64,000 nt of DNA from Candidatus Zixiibacteriota bacterium (GTDB lineage Bacteria; Zixibacteria; MSB-5A5; DG-27). Location: positions 5,732-69,731 of the forward strand of contig JAUWHO010000042.1 of assembly GCA_030605835.1 (NCBI GenBank), in the 5' to 3' direction. Numbering within the stretch: position 1 is the stretch's first letter; each line of letters opens with the position of its first letter. A program made the translations under genes and the position numbers. Shown here piece after piece: positions 9,495 through 19,240 of this stretch. The notes beneath the pieces were generated by a model. It was given only the letters and a program-made list of their open reading frames with translations, ran no database searches and was not told the DNA's origin.

Positions 9495-9627
9495 TCATCT
9501 ACCTCCTAGAGTAAGGCTACGATTGAAGTTTGTTTTCTCTTGAGCCAAACAGCCGTCAAGATTGTTACAAATTTCACATGCTCAGGTTAAAAAAAACCAG
9601 AAAACGGCTTTCCTCTTCTGTAGCGTA

Positions 9628-9657
9628 AAGATATGAAAGAGAGCCATCCCTTGTCAA
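9628..9657 (-). promoter_or_regulatory. Sigma-70-like promoter candidate for gltA
   Basis: Minus strand reads TTGACAagggatggctctctttcaTATCTT (-35 TTGACA, 18-nt spacer, -10 TATCTT) about 130 nt upstream of the gltA start. Confidence 0.4.
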
Positions 9658-9768
9658 GTGATTTCTGAGAAAATTTCGCAAAAGGGTTGTGAACATTTCC
9701 AGGGGTTACCGACTGCAATCTAGAGCGAAGCTACGACTGAAGCTGAAACTGCCAGCGTCGACGAGTAA

Positions 9769-10689
9769 TTACTCCAGCACTAAATCACGAGAGCTGTAAA
9801 TAAACCGGCGGGGGTCGGTAGGATGACCTCGATAACGAACCTCGTAGTGGAGATGGGGACCGGTGGAGTACCCGGTCGAGCCCATGCCGCCAATCAGTTG
9901 ACCCCTCCTCACCTCCTGACCCTTGCGGACGTTTATGCTGTACAGATGCCCGAAAACTGTTAAATAGTTGTAGCCGTGGTCGATCTTCACCACTTTCCCC
10001 AGGGCTCCACACCACCCAGTGAAGACCACCTTCCCGTGGGCGGGGGCATAGACCGGGGTGCCACGAGGAGCGGCAAAGTCTATACCCTGGTGGAACTGCA
10101 TCCATCCCGTGAAGGGATCCCGTTTCATCCCGAAACCCCTGCTGATGTATCCTTCGCAGGGCCTTATGGAGGGGGTGTGGTCTAAAAGCTGCTTTTTGTC
10201 TGTGACCTCCTCATAGATGTACTCTAAAGATTCGTTCTCAAACTTAATTCGGCGATAAAGCTCATCAATGTCAGAACAGATCTCCTCGAAGCTTTCTCCC
10301 CATAAAGCTCCTAAAGGCAGGGGTTGACGGTACTCACGACCGCCAACACCCAACTGGCGGATCTCCTCATCCACCTCCGGCAAGCCAAATACGGTACGGA
10401 TGGCGTTCTCTTTCTCCACCAACTTCCCCAGCTCCGACTCCAGGCTATCGATAACGCTCTTGACGCCCCCCAACTCCGAGCTCAAAAAGGAGTTCTCCGT
10501 TTCAAGCTTCGCTAATTCTGCCTCCTGAGACACCCTGTTGAAAAAGCTCCAGAATAGAAAAAGGCTCGAGACGATGAAGAGAAATAGAATCACGCCCCCG
10601 AAAGCCAGAAGGCCATAAGGGATTCTCTTTTCAAGGATCCCGCGGGAATGGTGGGAAACCAGGATTATGGAAAGATCTCTTTTGCCCAT
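9769..10689 (-). CDS. M23-family metallopeptidase (LytM domain) with N-terminal TM segment and coiled coil
   Basis: ORF track 306 aa; GIDFAAPRGTPVYAPAHGKVVF...HGYNYLTVFGHL...GSTGYSTGPHLHYEV matches the M23 HxxxD / HxH zinc site. Confidence 0.85.
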   Translation of the reverse strand: MGKRDLSIILVSHHSRGILEKRIPYGLLAFGGVILFLFIVSSLFLFWSFFNRVSQEAELAKLETENSFLSSELGGVKSVIDSLESELGKLVEKENAIRTVFGLPEVDEEIRQLGVGGREYRQPLPLGALWGESFEEICSDIDELYRRIKFENESLEYIYEEVTDKKQLLDHTPSIRPCEGYISRGFGMKRDPFTGWMQFHQGIDFAAPRGTPVYAPAHGKVVFTGWCGALGKVVKIDHGYNYLTVFGHLYSINVRKGQEVRRGQLIGGMGSTGYSTGPHLHYEVRYRGHPTDPRRFIYSSRDLVLE

Positions 10690-10738
10690 GTCAGCTCTCG
10701 GCTACACGTCCATTTCCTTATCGTTAAGATTCCTTGTG

Positions 10739-10768
10739 AACTTAATAGCAAGGGGCAATTATGTCAAG
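10739..10768 (-). promoter_or_regulatory. Sigma-70-like promoter candidate for M23 peptidase gene
   Basis: Minus strand: TTGACAtaattgccccttgctatTAAGTT (-35 TTGACA, 17-18-nt spacer, -10 TAAGTT) about 50 nt upstream of the start at 10689. Confidence 0.4.
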
Positions 10769-10918
10769 GACTTTGAGTCTATCCCGCTAACGATTCTCTC
10801 CCGGGCGCGACCCAAGAGCTTCAAGTAGAATTCAGAAACCACGCCTGCTGCTCCCTAACACTCAAACACCAACCTCTGCTCACCGCTCAGGCTTGGTTCT
10901 CTCAGTCATCTTTCTTGT

Positions 10919-12142
10919 CTATGCTGTTCTCAAGGATCCAATTATTTGGACCTTTACCCTATCCCCGGCTCGGAGGTATGGTATCTCCGGAGGCAAGACC
11001 ACCAAACCGTTAGCCTGACCCAGTGACTCCCCGGCGTTGCCATCAGATAGATTTATAGGACAGACCAAGAAGGTTCCCTCCTTTATCTTCACCTCCGCGA
11101 GAATGAAGTGCGTTAGGCCTCCCCCCCCTTTGACTTCAGCCTCCAGCTCGGCCGTCACTATCAAATGCCGGAGCTCCTGGTATCCCATCATCTTGAGGAT
11201 TGCCGGACGGATGAACTCCTCTAAGATCACGACTGCAGAAATCAAGTTGGGCGGCAATCCAAACACCAAGGTGCCATCGAAAGTGCCGAAGAACACGGAT
11301 CTTCCGGGGCGAATCCCCACCTTCCAGAACTTCAGGTCGATTCCCATCTCGTTGAGAGCTTCTCGGGCAGATTCGAAGTAGGCCGGGCTGGGTCCGGGAA
11401 GATTTATGAATATGTCGTGCTCTAATCCCTCTTCGAACTTCGGTTTCATCTCCTCCTTCACCCCGGAAACGATTCCCAGATCCACAGGGTGGGCTCCGTA
11501 TTCCTTTATTTGAGAGTGGATGATGAAGGGATTGGGGAGGCGATGCTTTCCGGGTTCGCTCTTACCCCCCAGAGGCAGAATGCCATCTCCACTAGTTATG
11601 AAGGATACTCTCGGAGGGCGATAGCATTTGACCTTGTTGACCCCTAAGAGCGCCAGGGTTCCCATGTCGGTGGTTCCGAGAACCTTGCCTCGCTGAAATA
11701 CCAAGCTGTCCTGAGGAATCTCTTCACCTTTGATCTTGACGTTTGCTCCCGACTGCGCCTCCCTGTAAACCTTCAGTCGGTTTGTCGATTCCCGGACGGT
11801 GTCATCGACGCTCACAACCGAATCAGCCCCTTCCGGCAGAGGCGCACCGGTGGGAAGCTTCAGGGCCTGTTTTCCCTTCAGAGGCTCTTCCCAAATCTCC
11901 CCGTTTCTCAACTCTCCGACCAATTCCAGAGTCACCGGGGAGCCGGAGCTGGCAGCTTTTATCGCTGCAGCTCTCAGGGCGTAACCATCGGAGGTGGAGA
12001 TACTGGAGGAGGGTATGTTCTCGGGAGCAACGATATCCTCCGCCAAAACCCGATGACTGGCTTCCAGCAAAGGGACCTCCATCTCCTCCAACACTCCCGC
12101 AGACTCTAGGACCATCTGTAACGCTCTGTCAACTGAAATCAT
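10919..12142 (-). CDS. moeA: Molybdopterin molybdenumtransferase MoeA-like protein (divergent)
   Basis: ORF track 407 aa; N-terminal ISVDRALQMVLES...EASHRVLAEDIVAPENIP...SDGYALRA follows the MoeA N-domain pattern. The rest is divergent, so the function is tentative. Confidence 0.6.
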   Translation of the reverse strand: MISVDRALQMVLESAGVLEEMEVPLLEASHRVLAEDIVAPENIPSSSISTSDGYALRAAAIKAASSGSPVTLELVGELRNGEIWEEPLKGKQALKLPTGAPLPEGADSVVSVDDTVRESTNRLKVYREAQSGANVKIKGEEIPQDSLVFQRGKVLGTTDMGTLALLGVNKVKCYRPPRVSFITSGDGILPLGGKSEPGKHRLPNPFIIHSQIKEYGAHPVDLGIVSGVKEEMKPKFEEGLEHDIFINLPGPSPAYFESAREALNEMGIDLKFWKVGIRPGRSVFFGTFDGTLVFGLPPNLISAVVILEEFIRPAILKMMGYQELRHLIVTAELEAEVKGGGGLTHFILAEVKIKEGTFLVCPINLSDGNAGESLGQANGLVVLPPEIPYLRAGDRVKVQIIGSLRTA

Positions 12143-12620
12143 CTTTCACTCCATACTAAACGTTCCCTCGAAATAGGATCTCCTCAAAAAAGCTGACTTC
12201 AAAGCTCAAATGGAATCAAGAGGTGACTCCGTTATGGAAGACCACCTTCTCATACCAGAAGTAAAAGCATCGGTCACGCTTCCGAGCGAAATAGGCAGCT
12301 ACTTAGTAGTCTCGGGAGAGAAGCTCCAGGGGAAAATGTAAATCTCTAGGCGCTGTAGTCTGGAGGGGTCGAGGTCTGATTCCTTTTGGCGGTCTGTTTG
12401 ATGTGTGGTTACCGCCTCGGCCCACAATTTCCTCTCCCTCGGAAATTTCCCCTATTATTATAGATAGCCATCCAGATGTCAAGAGAAATTTACTACAGAT
12501 TGTGTAAAAAAAATCAGATACTACAATATACATCCCGCTGATCCGTCAGTAACCGGTAATCGCCCCTTGTTCGCGGCAAAACTCACCACCAGTTGTCATC
12601 CACCCACTATTACTCTCTGA

Positions 12621-12657
12621 CCCAAAAAAAAAGGCGCAAGGTCTGAAACCTTGCGCC
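12621..12657 (-). terminator. Intrinsic terminator downstream of OmpA-family gene
   Basis: + strand aaaaaaaaaggcgcaaggtctgaaaccttgcgcc = 9-bp stem (ggcgcaagg/ccttgcgcc) followed by U9 on the minus-strand RNA, about 25 nt after the stop at 12681. Confidence 0.65.
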
Positions 12658-12680
12658 AAGTTTCTCGATTGAGAAAACCG

Positions 12681-14144
12681 CTACCTTCTGGGAACGATCT
12701 CAATCCTGCGGTTTTTCTTAGCATTCTTGTTGACAGGATCGAGGAAGTTGGTCTCGCCGTAACCGGTGGCGGTCATCCTGGCGGAGCTGATTCCCTTGCC
12801 CTGCAGATACTTCTTGACAGCATCCGCCCGCCCCTGGGAGAGTCTCTTGTTCAGACTCCTGGAACCGAGAGCGTCGGTGTAACCGTTGATGTCAATCTTA
12901 ACGTCGGTGTAAACCGCCAACCGCTCCGCAAGGTCGTCCAGCTTCATCCTGGCAGCAGCGTCTGGCTCCACCGAACGAATGGCATACTCGATGTGCAGAA
13001 CCAGAGGCTCTTCGATCGGCTTGGCCAAAGGACAACCTTTCTCATCAACCGGAGCGCCCGCGGGAGTGTCCGGGCAGCGGTCGATGCCATCGGCAACGCC
13101 GTCGTTGTCCGAGTCAATGGGGCAACCGTTCATATCAACCTTGGCTCCCCGGGGAGTCCCAGCGCACTTGTCTTTGTAATCGGGAACGCCGTCATTGTCC
13201 TCGTCGAGGGGGCAACCCTTTCTGTCGACCTTAACACCGGAGGGGGTGTTGGGGCAACGGTCGATGCCGTCATAGACTCCATCCCTATCGGAATCGATGG
13301 GGCAACCGTTGACGTCGACCTTGGCGCCTCTGGGAGTGTTGGGGCACTGGTCTAAGCCGTCGTAAACGCCGTCGCCGTCCTCGTCAAGCGGACAGCCGTT
13401 CATATCCACCATGGCGCCAATCGGGGTGTCGGGGCACATGTCCATATCGTCGTTAACCCCGTCCTTGTCGGTGTCCTTGCCTCCGCCAATGTAGTACGTG
13501 AAATTGACAGAGGGCTCAAGATAGGCGCGATAGGCTCTCCACTTCGACTCCGCCTGCTCGTCGGTCCACGCGTCATCCTTCTGGACGTACATCAGAAAGT
13601 AGTTGAAGCGCGCTCCGACGTTGATGCCAATTCTCTCAGCGACGAAGAACTCCACACCAGCTCCGCCCTTCGCAAAGAGGTCGCTGTAGCTGGCGACCTC
13701 GACGCCTCCCGGCTCGGTCTTGAGCTTCATGAAGTTGATGCCGATGCCGGCCAGAACGAACGGACGGACGTTGCTTTCAGGCATGAAATAGTACCACCCG
13801 GTAACATCCGTGAAGATGCCGGTCAGCTTCATGCTGGCATCACCACTGCTGTAAAAACTGAAGCTCTTGTCGTCGGTCCCGGTGGTGTCGTCGTAAGTGA
13901 GACCGTAGGCACCGGAGACACCCACCATGATGTTCTCGTTGAGCCCGTATTTGAACTGGACTCCACCGAGAAGTCCCATCAGAAAAGGCTCACGATTGAG
14001 CTCGGAACCGTTCAAGAGGGGGGCCCAGAAGGGACCCTTTGCGCCGACGCCAATCGATTTGGTCAAATCGAACTGCGCCCAAGCACCGCTGCTGAGAAAG
14101 GCTGCCATAAGCAGAGCAATCCCTAGATAGGTCAGTTTCTTCAC
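12681..14144 (-). CDS. OmpA-family outer membrane protein with thrombospondin type-3 calcium-binding repeats
   Basis: ORF track 487 aa; signal peptide MKKLTYLGIALLMAAFLSSGAWA; N-terminal beta-barrel-like region; repeated DxDxDGVxD...CPNTP units; C-terminal OmpA domain (...NGYTDALGSRSLNKRLSQGRADAV...NRRIEIV). Confidence 0.85.
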   Translation of the reverse strand: MKKLTYLGIALLMAAFLSSGAWAQFDLTKSIGVGAKGPFWAPLLNGSELNREPFLMGLLGGVQFKYGLNENIMVGVSGAYGLTYDDTTGTDDKSFSFYSSGDASMKLTGIFTDVTGWYYFMPESNVRPFVLAGIGINFMKLKTEPGGVEVASYSDLFAKGGAGVEFFVAERIGINVGARFNYFLMYVQKDDAWTDEQAESKWRAYRAYLEPSVNFTYYIGGGKDTDKDGVNDDMDMCPDTPIGAMVDMNGCPLDEDGDGVYDGLDQCPNTPRGAKVDVNGCPIDSDRDGVYDGIDRCPNTPSGVKVDRKGCPLDEDNDGVPDYKDKCAGTPRGAKVDMNGCPIDSDNDGVADGIDRCPDTPAGAPVDEKGCPLAKPIEEPLVLHIEYAIRSVEPDAAARMKLDDLAERLAVYTDVKIDINGYTDALGSRSLNKRLSQGRADAVKKYLQGKGISSARMTATGYGETNFLDPVNKNAKKNRRIEIVPRR

Positions 14145-14308
14145 TGATACCTCCTTATTGTGTTATTGAGAGTTTCACTAGCTTCCATCTTGTCGGCCTG
14201 AGGCTGACTGGCCTCAGGTTGTAAAGTCTTATCAATTACTCGGTTTTATCACCCCCTCGCCGGATAGTAAACTCCGTACTCTTGCCGTTTACTTCCAAAA
14301 TTCATTTG

Positions 14309-14337
14309 ATATTAAAACCTTCCCAATCCCTTGTCAA
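14309..14337 (-). promoter_or_regulatory. Sigma-70-like promoter candidate for OmpA-family gene
   Basis: Minus strand: TTGACAagggattgggaaggtttTAATAT (-35 TTGACA, 17-nt spacer, -10 TAATAT), about 160 nt upstream of the start at 14144. Confidence 0.45.
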
Positions 14338-14406
14338 CACTTTTTTTAGCTATTCCTCCTTAAAAAAATGTTTTGTGTAAGGATATTTCGGTGATTCAGC
14401 TCACAA

Positions 14407-14733
14407 TCACTGAATGTTGGCGGCAACCTTTTTCTCCAGTTGGCCCTTGGGCACTGCCCCGACTATCCGCTCCTTCTCCTGTCCATCCTTAAAGATTATC
14501 AAGGTGGGGATACTCATCACCCCGTACTGCAGCGCGGTCTTGTTATTGTTATCGACATCCAATTTTGCGAACTTCATCTTTCCGTCGTAGGATTTCGCCA
14601 GCTCCTCCACCGCCGGTGCGATCATGTGACAGGGAGCGCACCACTCCGCCCAGAAATCGACCAAGACCGGAAGCTCGCTCTTCAGGACCTCAGCCTCGAA
14701 TCTATCATCAGTAACTACAAAGGGGACCGACAA
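14407..14733 (-). CDS. trxA: Thioredoxin
   Basis: ORF track 108 aa; VLVDFWAEWCAPCHMIAP with the WCxPC active site; typical length. Confidence 0.95.
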   Translation of the reverse strand: MSVPFVVTDDRFEAEVLKSELPVLVDFWAEWCAPCHMIAPAVEELAKSYDGKMKFAKLDVDNNNKTALQYGVMSIPTLIIFKDGQEKERIVGAVPKGQLEKKVAANIQ

Positions 14734-14803
14734 TCTATACCTCCTATCGGACTACCGAAGAAACCCTTCGGAAAGTTTCAAAAACGAACCCAAAATTTCC
14801 GCA

Positions 14804-14832
14804 ACTATAAGATATTTCCTACCCCCTGTCAA
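14804..14832 (-). promoter_or_regulatory. Sigma-70-like promoter candidate for trxA
   Basis: Minus strand: TTGACAgggggtaggaaatatctTATAGT (-35 TTGACA, 17-nt spacer, -10 TATAGT) about 70 nt upstream of the trxA start. Confidence 0.45.
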
Positions 14833-14842
14833 GTGCTTTTTC

Positions 14843-16501
14843 CTATCCTGCAGGTGACCTCCGGAAAAAGACCCCTCTCGCCTCCGAGATGATAAAAAGA
14901 ACCAAGAGAATCAAGATCAGGCTGGTGACTCCGAGAACATACAACCTCTGGCAGAAGAAATCGTAACCCTGGTAGACTAAAGCCCCAATGGTGGTGAGGC
15001 CCATAAAGATTGCGGGCAACAGGGTATAGAGCCTCGGCCTTCGCAGCCCCACCAGATAGGCGGAGACGACCGTCAAAGCCAGCGCCGCCACCAGCTGATT
15101 GGCGGCCCCAAAGACCGGCCAGATGATTTTGTATCCCCCACCGGCTCCGAAATAGACGGCGAACGCTATGGTGATGGCGGTTGCCAGCCAACGGTTGTTG
15201 AAGGCTCGAACCTTCCCCCCCACCAGCTCCGACAGGATGAACCTCCCCAGACGGGTGGCGGTATCCAGGGTGGTGATCACGAAGGCGTTTAACATGATCA
15301 TCCCGAAATAGACCCCGACAATGAAGGTGAATCCGGGAACTGCGGAGGTCATTCTCCCGAAACCGGTGGCGAAGGCGACAATCGGTCCCCCACCCTCCCC
15401 CATGAGCCACTGGAGACCGAACTCCGATCTCCCCCCGGCAGGATCCCACTTCAGTGCTCCCGCGGCGATAGTTATGACTAAGGCCGCCAGCACTGCCTCC
15501 ACAACCATCGCCCCGTAACCGATCTTTTTCCCTTTGCTCTCTCTATCCAGCTGTTTGGAGGTAGTGCCCCCCGCAACCAGAGAGTGGAAACCGGAGATGG
15601 CACCGCAGGCGATGATGACGAAAAGCATCGGCCACAGGGGACCATCTCTGGAGTTGAAGCCCACGAAAGCGGGAGCGTTCAACCGGGGGTGGGCGAAAAC
15701 CAAACCGAGGTAGCCAAGCCCCAGTCCCAAAAAGAGCAGCCAGCTGGAGAGGTAATCCCGGGGCTGAAGCAGAAACCAGACCGGCAGGATGGAGGCAACC
15801 AGGGCATATATCATCAGAATGATGAACCAGAAGGCGAACGCAGAAAGCCCCAAGACCGTCTGTGGAAGCTCCACCGGGAGATTATCGCCGAGATAGAGAA
15901 GCACCGCGATCAAACCCAGTGACAACAGCGTGCCCAGAGACAGAGGCACTCCCTTGTGGTGGACCATCCAACCAAAAAGCATCGCCACGAAGATCAGACC
16001 GAAAGTGGGGATGACGATCTCGGGCTTGGAGATGAAAGTGTTAGTGGTGATGACTGCAAAGATTGCGACCACCAAAACCAGAGCTAACCAGAGGAAAACA
16101 GAGAAAATCACCCGGGAGCGACGACCCAGACTCCTCTCCGTGATCTCGGCGATGGACTTTCCCTGGCTGCGCACCGAGGCCATCAGGGCGACGTAATCGT
16201 GAACTGCTCCGATGAAGATGCTGCCTATGGCGATCCAGAGGGCCGCCGCCAGCCAGCCGAAATAGAGCACCCCCAGAAGGGGACCGACAATCGGTCCGGC
16301 CCCGGCGATGGAGGAGAAATGGTGTCCGAACAATACTGGAGTCTTGGCCGGGGAATAATCTACCCCGTCCCTTAGTTCGTGAGCCGGGGTGGGGACAGAA
16401 TCGTCAGGAACAACCAGTTTCCTCTCGATCCAGGAACCGTAGATTTTGTATCCAGCGAAAAGCCAGATTAGAAGAATCAATCCTAGGACTAAAGCGTTCA
16501 C
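14843..16501 (-). CDS. cstA: Carbon starvation protein A (CstA-family peptide/pyruvate transporter)
   Basis: ORF track 552 aa, polytopic; N-terminal KTPVLFGHHFSSIAGAGPIVGP motif characteristic of CstA; GTG start. Confidence 0.8.
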   Translation of the reverse strand: MNALVLGLILLIWLFAGYKIYGSWIERKLVVPDDSVPTPAHELRDGVDYSPAKTPVLFGHHFSSIAGAGPIVGPLLGVLYFGWLAAALWIAIGSIFIGAVHDYVALMASVRSQGKSIAEITERSLGRRSRVIFSVFLWLALVLVVAIFAVITTNTFISKPEIVIPTFGLIFVAMLFGWMVHHKGVPLSLGTLLSLGLIAVLLYLGDNLPVELPQTVLGLSAFAFWFIILMIYALVASILPVWFLLQPRDYLSSWLLFLGLGLGYLGLVFAHPRLNAPAFVGFNSRDGPLWPMLFVIIACGAISGFHSLVAGGTTSKQLDRESKGKKIGYGAMVVEAVLAALVITIAAGALKWDPAGGRSEFGLQWLMGEGGGPIVAFATGFGRMTSAVPGFTFIVGVYFGMIMLNAFVITTLDTATRLGRFILSELVGGKVRAFNNRWLATAITIAFAVYFGAGGGYKIIWPVFGAANQLVAALALTVVSAYLVGLRRPRLYTLLPAIFMGLTTIGALVYQGYDFFCQRLYVLGVTSLILILLVLFIISEARGVFFRRSPAG

Positions 16502-16536
16502 TTCTCCCTGCCGTCAAGAATTCAGCCCGGCGCTGG

Positions 16537-17121
16537 TCAGTTGGCTGAACCTTCAGCCGCAGCATCAGACGCCAGATATTCCCTTTTCCTCCGGAAGCTG
16601 CTCGCGCCGGGGCAGAAGAGACGTTGGTGGCACTGCTTACATCCCGCATGCCACTGCAGAAAACGCCGGGATATGAAGAGTATCATAAGGTAGATAGCGA
16701 AAATCAGAAGAGCCTGAAGGTCCCTCAGCCGCACTAGCTGAAGCAGACCCACGAGGAGGGGAATCATCCAGACCGGATAGAGAAAAACCGAGTATTTGAA
16801 ATTCTCCTTGAACAGTTCCTCCTTCCCTTTGGGATAGAGAAAAGATGCGACTTTGCCCCAAGAGATGTGACAGACCTTACCGTAATAGTAACATCGGGTG
16901 CAACGCGCCAGGGGGAGAATGATCGTGATCGCGATCGCCAGGTAGGAGGCATAGAAATAGGCAAGGATATTATAGAAGCCGAAGATAATATACACCGCCA
17001 TGATCCCCTCCGCCAAACCGAAAAGAGCGCGAAGGATCAAGATGGATAGTGGGTACGATTCGTTAAATCTTTCCGGAACTGGTCCTGGAAGCGATCCTTC
17101 AGAGTGTGGGATTGGCTCCAT
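16537..17121 (-). CDS. Hypothetical cysteine-rich membrane protein
   Basis: ORF track 194 aa; ATG with AGGAG 8 nt upstream; hydrophobic segments plus CTRCYYYGKVCH and HAGCKQCHQRLFCPG motifs (possible metal-binding). Confidence 0.45.
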   Translation of the reverse strand: MEPIPHSEGSLPGPVPERFNESYPLSILILRALFGLAEGIMAVYIIFGFYNILAYFYASYLAIAITIILPLARCTRCYYYGKVCHISWGKVASFLYPKGKEELFKENFKYSVFLYPVWMIPLLVGLLQLVRLRDLQALLIFAIYLMILFISRRFLQWHAGCKQCHQRLFCPGASSFRRKREYLASDAAAEGSAN

Positions 17122-17237
17122 GTCGATCTTTTTTACTCCTTCTCTTGATTGCCAAGGGGGGCTCCCCGGCTTCGCCGGGACACCCTGTCGATGGCGAAAT
17201 TTGGCTAACTATAAATCGAATGCTCACGATTGTCAAA

Positions 17238-18203
17238 TCAAAAAAGCGGGCTCCGGCGGTGAGAGACTGTGTCTGCCAGTCGAGCAACTTGACCCAGCGA
17301 ATTCAAATCGCTCAATCCCTCAACTCCGGAGAAACTCACTTTGAAGCCGGCGACCTTGTTTGCGAATTGGACCGCCTCAAAGAAATCCCCACTCACCAGG
17401 TAACTGTGAATGAAGCCGGCGGAGAAAACGTCGCCACAGCCGGTGGTGTCGACCTCCTCGGAAGATTCAGATGAATAGAATCTCTCCGTTTTTGTTTTGC
17501 TCCCTTCACGAAGGGAAGCCAGCGCTCCCCTTCGACCCAGAGTGACAATCACTCCCTCCGGGCCCAGTCGGTTCAAATCCCGCATTCTCTGGTAGCTCTC
17601 ACCGATCTTCAGATTCTCACTGCCGGTTATTATCTCCAGCTCCTTTCTGTTCAACTGCAGGTAATCGCAGCTCTTGACGTATTCTTCCCAGTTGGGCGGG
17701 CGGCGAAAGAATCTTCTCCCCTTTTTGTCTATCCCCAAGGTGAGACTGTGAAGATCGATCAGCAACCTCCCCTTCCTGCTCGAGAACATCTTCTTCAGAG
17801 TTGAAAGCGAGAGGTCTACCCCCGAGATAAAATTCACCAGAATGAAATCGCTGTCCAGGATATCCTTCATCCTCTCGAAGGAAAGAGGCGGCACTCTGCT
17901 CTTCAGGACTTCGCTCTTCTCTCCCTCCCGGGGATAGAAAAGAGTGACGTGATTGTTCTTTTTTTTGACCTTCCTGACCGCATCCAGCCGGAGATTCTTA
18001 CGTTGCCTCAACCTTGCCGAGACTTCATCGTAGACGTCATAACCGACGTTGCAGACTGGATGGATCCACGCACCTGAGCCGAACAGATATGAGAGGGCAT
18101 AGAGGTTATAAAGAATTCCGCCAAAATCCTCGATCACTCCCCCCTCGTAAAGATTAATGGTGTCCCGGTTTATGGTGCCGATTACGGCAACTTTGAACTT
18201 CAC
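17238..18203 (-). CDS. PfkB-family carbohydrate kinase (ribokinase-like; possibly heptose-phosphate kinase)
   Basis: ORF track 321 aa; PfkB signature DTTGCGDVFSAGFI near the C-terminus; GTG start overlaps the stop of the upstream heptosyltransferase gene by 4 bp. Confidence 0.75.
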   Translation of the reverse strand: MKFKVAVIGTINRDTINLYEGGVIEDFGGILYNLYALSYLFGSGAWIHPVCNVGYDVYDEVSARLRQRKNLRLDAVRKVKKKNNHVTLFYPREGEKSEVLKSRVPPLSFERMKDILDSDFILVNFISGVDLSLSTLKKMFSSRKGRLLIDLHSLTLGIDKKGRRFFRRPPNWEEYVKSCDYLQLNRKELEIITGSENLKIGESYQRMRDLNRLGPEGVIVTLGRRGALASLREGSKTKTERFYSSESSEEVDTTGCGDVFSAGFIHSYLVSGDFFEAVQFANKVAGFKVSFSGVEGLSDLNSLGQVARLADTVSHRRSPLF

Positions 18204-19240
18204 TGGCGCTGGACTTCCTTCTCTGTGGTTTTGACCAACAGAGCGGCCACAGCTTCAAAAACCCTCTCGACCGTGATCTCCCGCATACAGCGGAAGTGCC
18301 CCTCCGGGCATCTTTTAGGACCATGCTTGCTACAGGGACGGCAGTACAGGTCCTGCACTTCCACAATCTGATGTCCCTCTCCGTGGGGATAGAAACCAAA
18401 CTGCGGCACGGTGGGACCGTAAATATCGACAACCTTTGTCCCCACTGCGGAGGCCAAATGGACCGGGGCGCTGTCGTTGGAGATTAACAGACGACACTTG
18501 GAGAGAAGCGCCGCAGATTGAAGCACCGAGGCCTCTCTCGCAGCAACTAAACTCTTACCCTTGACATCTTCGGCAATTGTTTTGCAGAGGAAGCGGTCCT
18601 CCTCACCGCCGACAAAGACCACCCCACAGCGGAAATCGCTGGCAACCATATTAGCAAGCTGAGCGAACCTCTCCGGCAACCACCTTTTAGTGGGCCAGAC
18701 CGAGCCGGGGGCGATGGCAACCCAATCATCTATGTTGTCATCCAGAAACTCCGCCACCCATCTCTGATCCTCTTCGTCGGGGAAAAGCTCCGGAGGCGAT
18801 TTCACGACATCAAGTCCCAACCCCGTGAGTAGCTCTAAGACTCTTTCCACCTCGTGAGAATCCGGCCAGTAGGGAACCTCTCTGTTCAAGAAATAATAGC
18901 CGCTGCTTGAGGTGAAACCCACACGCAGGGGAATATCAGCCCCCCAGGCCAGGAAAGCGGAGCGGAGAGAGCGATGCGGAATCAAGGCATCATCGAACCT
19001 CCTTCTCTTCACTTCCTTGACCAGGCGCAACAGATTAATGACTCCCTTCTGGGTCGCTCTCTTATCGTAGGTGATTATCTCCGCCACCTGCGGATTGTTC
19101 TTGAAAACCTCGGAGGTGGACGGCAGGGTCAAAACCGCAATCTCAACCTCCGGAAGGCCCTGTTTTAAAGCCCTCACAAGAGGCGTGGTCAAGACCACAT
19201 CCCCCAGGAACGCGGTCTGGATCACCAATACTCTTTTCAT
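18200..19240 (-). CDS. Glycosyltransferase family 9 (LPS heptosyltransferase-like)
   Basis: ORF track 346 aa; MKRVLVIQTAFLGDVVLTTPLVRALK and ISNDSAPVHLASAVGTKVVDIYGPT match the GT9 ADP-heptose transferase family. Confidence 0.85.
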   Translation of the reverse strand: MKRVLVIQTAFLGDVVLTTPLVRALKQGLPEVEIAVLTLPSTSEVFKNNPQVAEIITYDKRATQKGVINLLRLVKEVKRRRFDDALIPHRSLRSAFLAWGADIPLRVGFTSSSGYYFLNREVPYWPDSHEVERVLELLTGLGLDVVKSPPELFPDEEDQRWVAEFLDDNIDDWVAIAPGSVWPTKRWLPERFAQLANMVASDFRCGVVFVGGEEDRFLCKTIAEDVKGKSLVAAREASVLQSAALLSKCRLLISNDSAPVHLASAVGTKVVDIYGPTVPQFGFYPHGEGHQIVEVQDLYCRPCSKHGPKRCPEGHFRCMREITVERVFEAVAALLVKTTEKEVQRQ

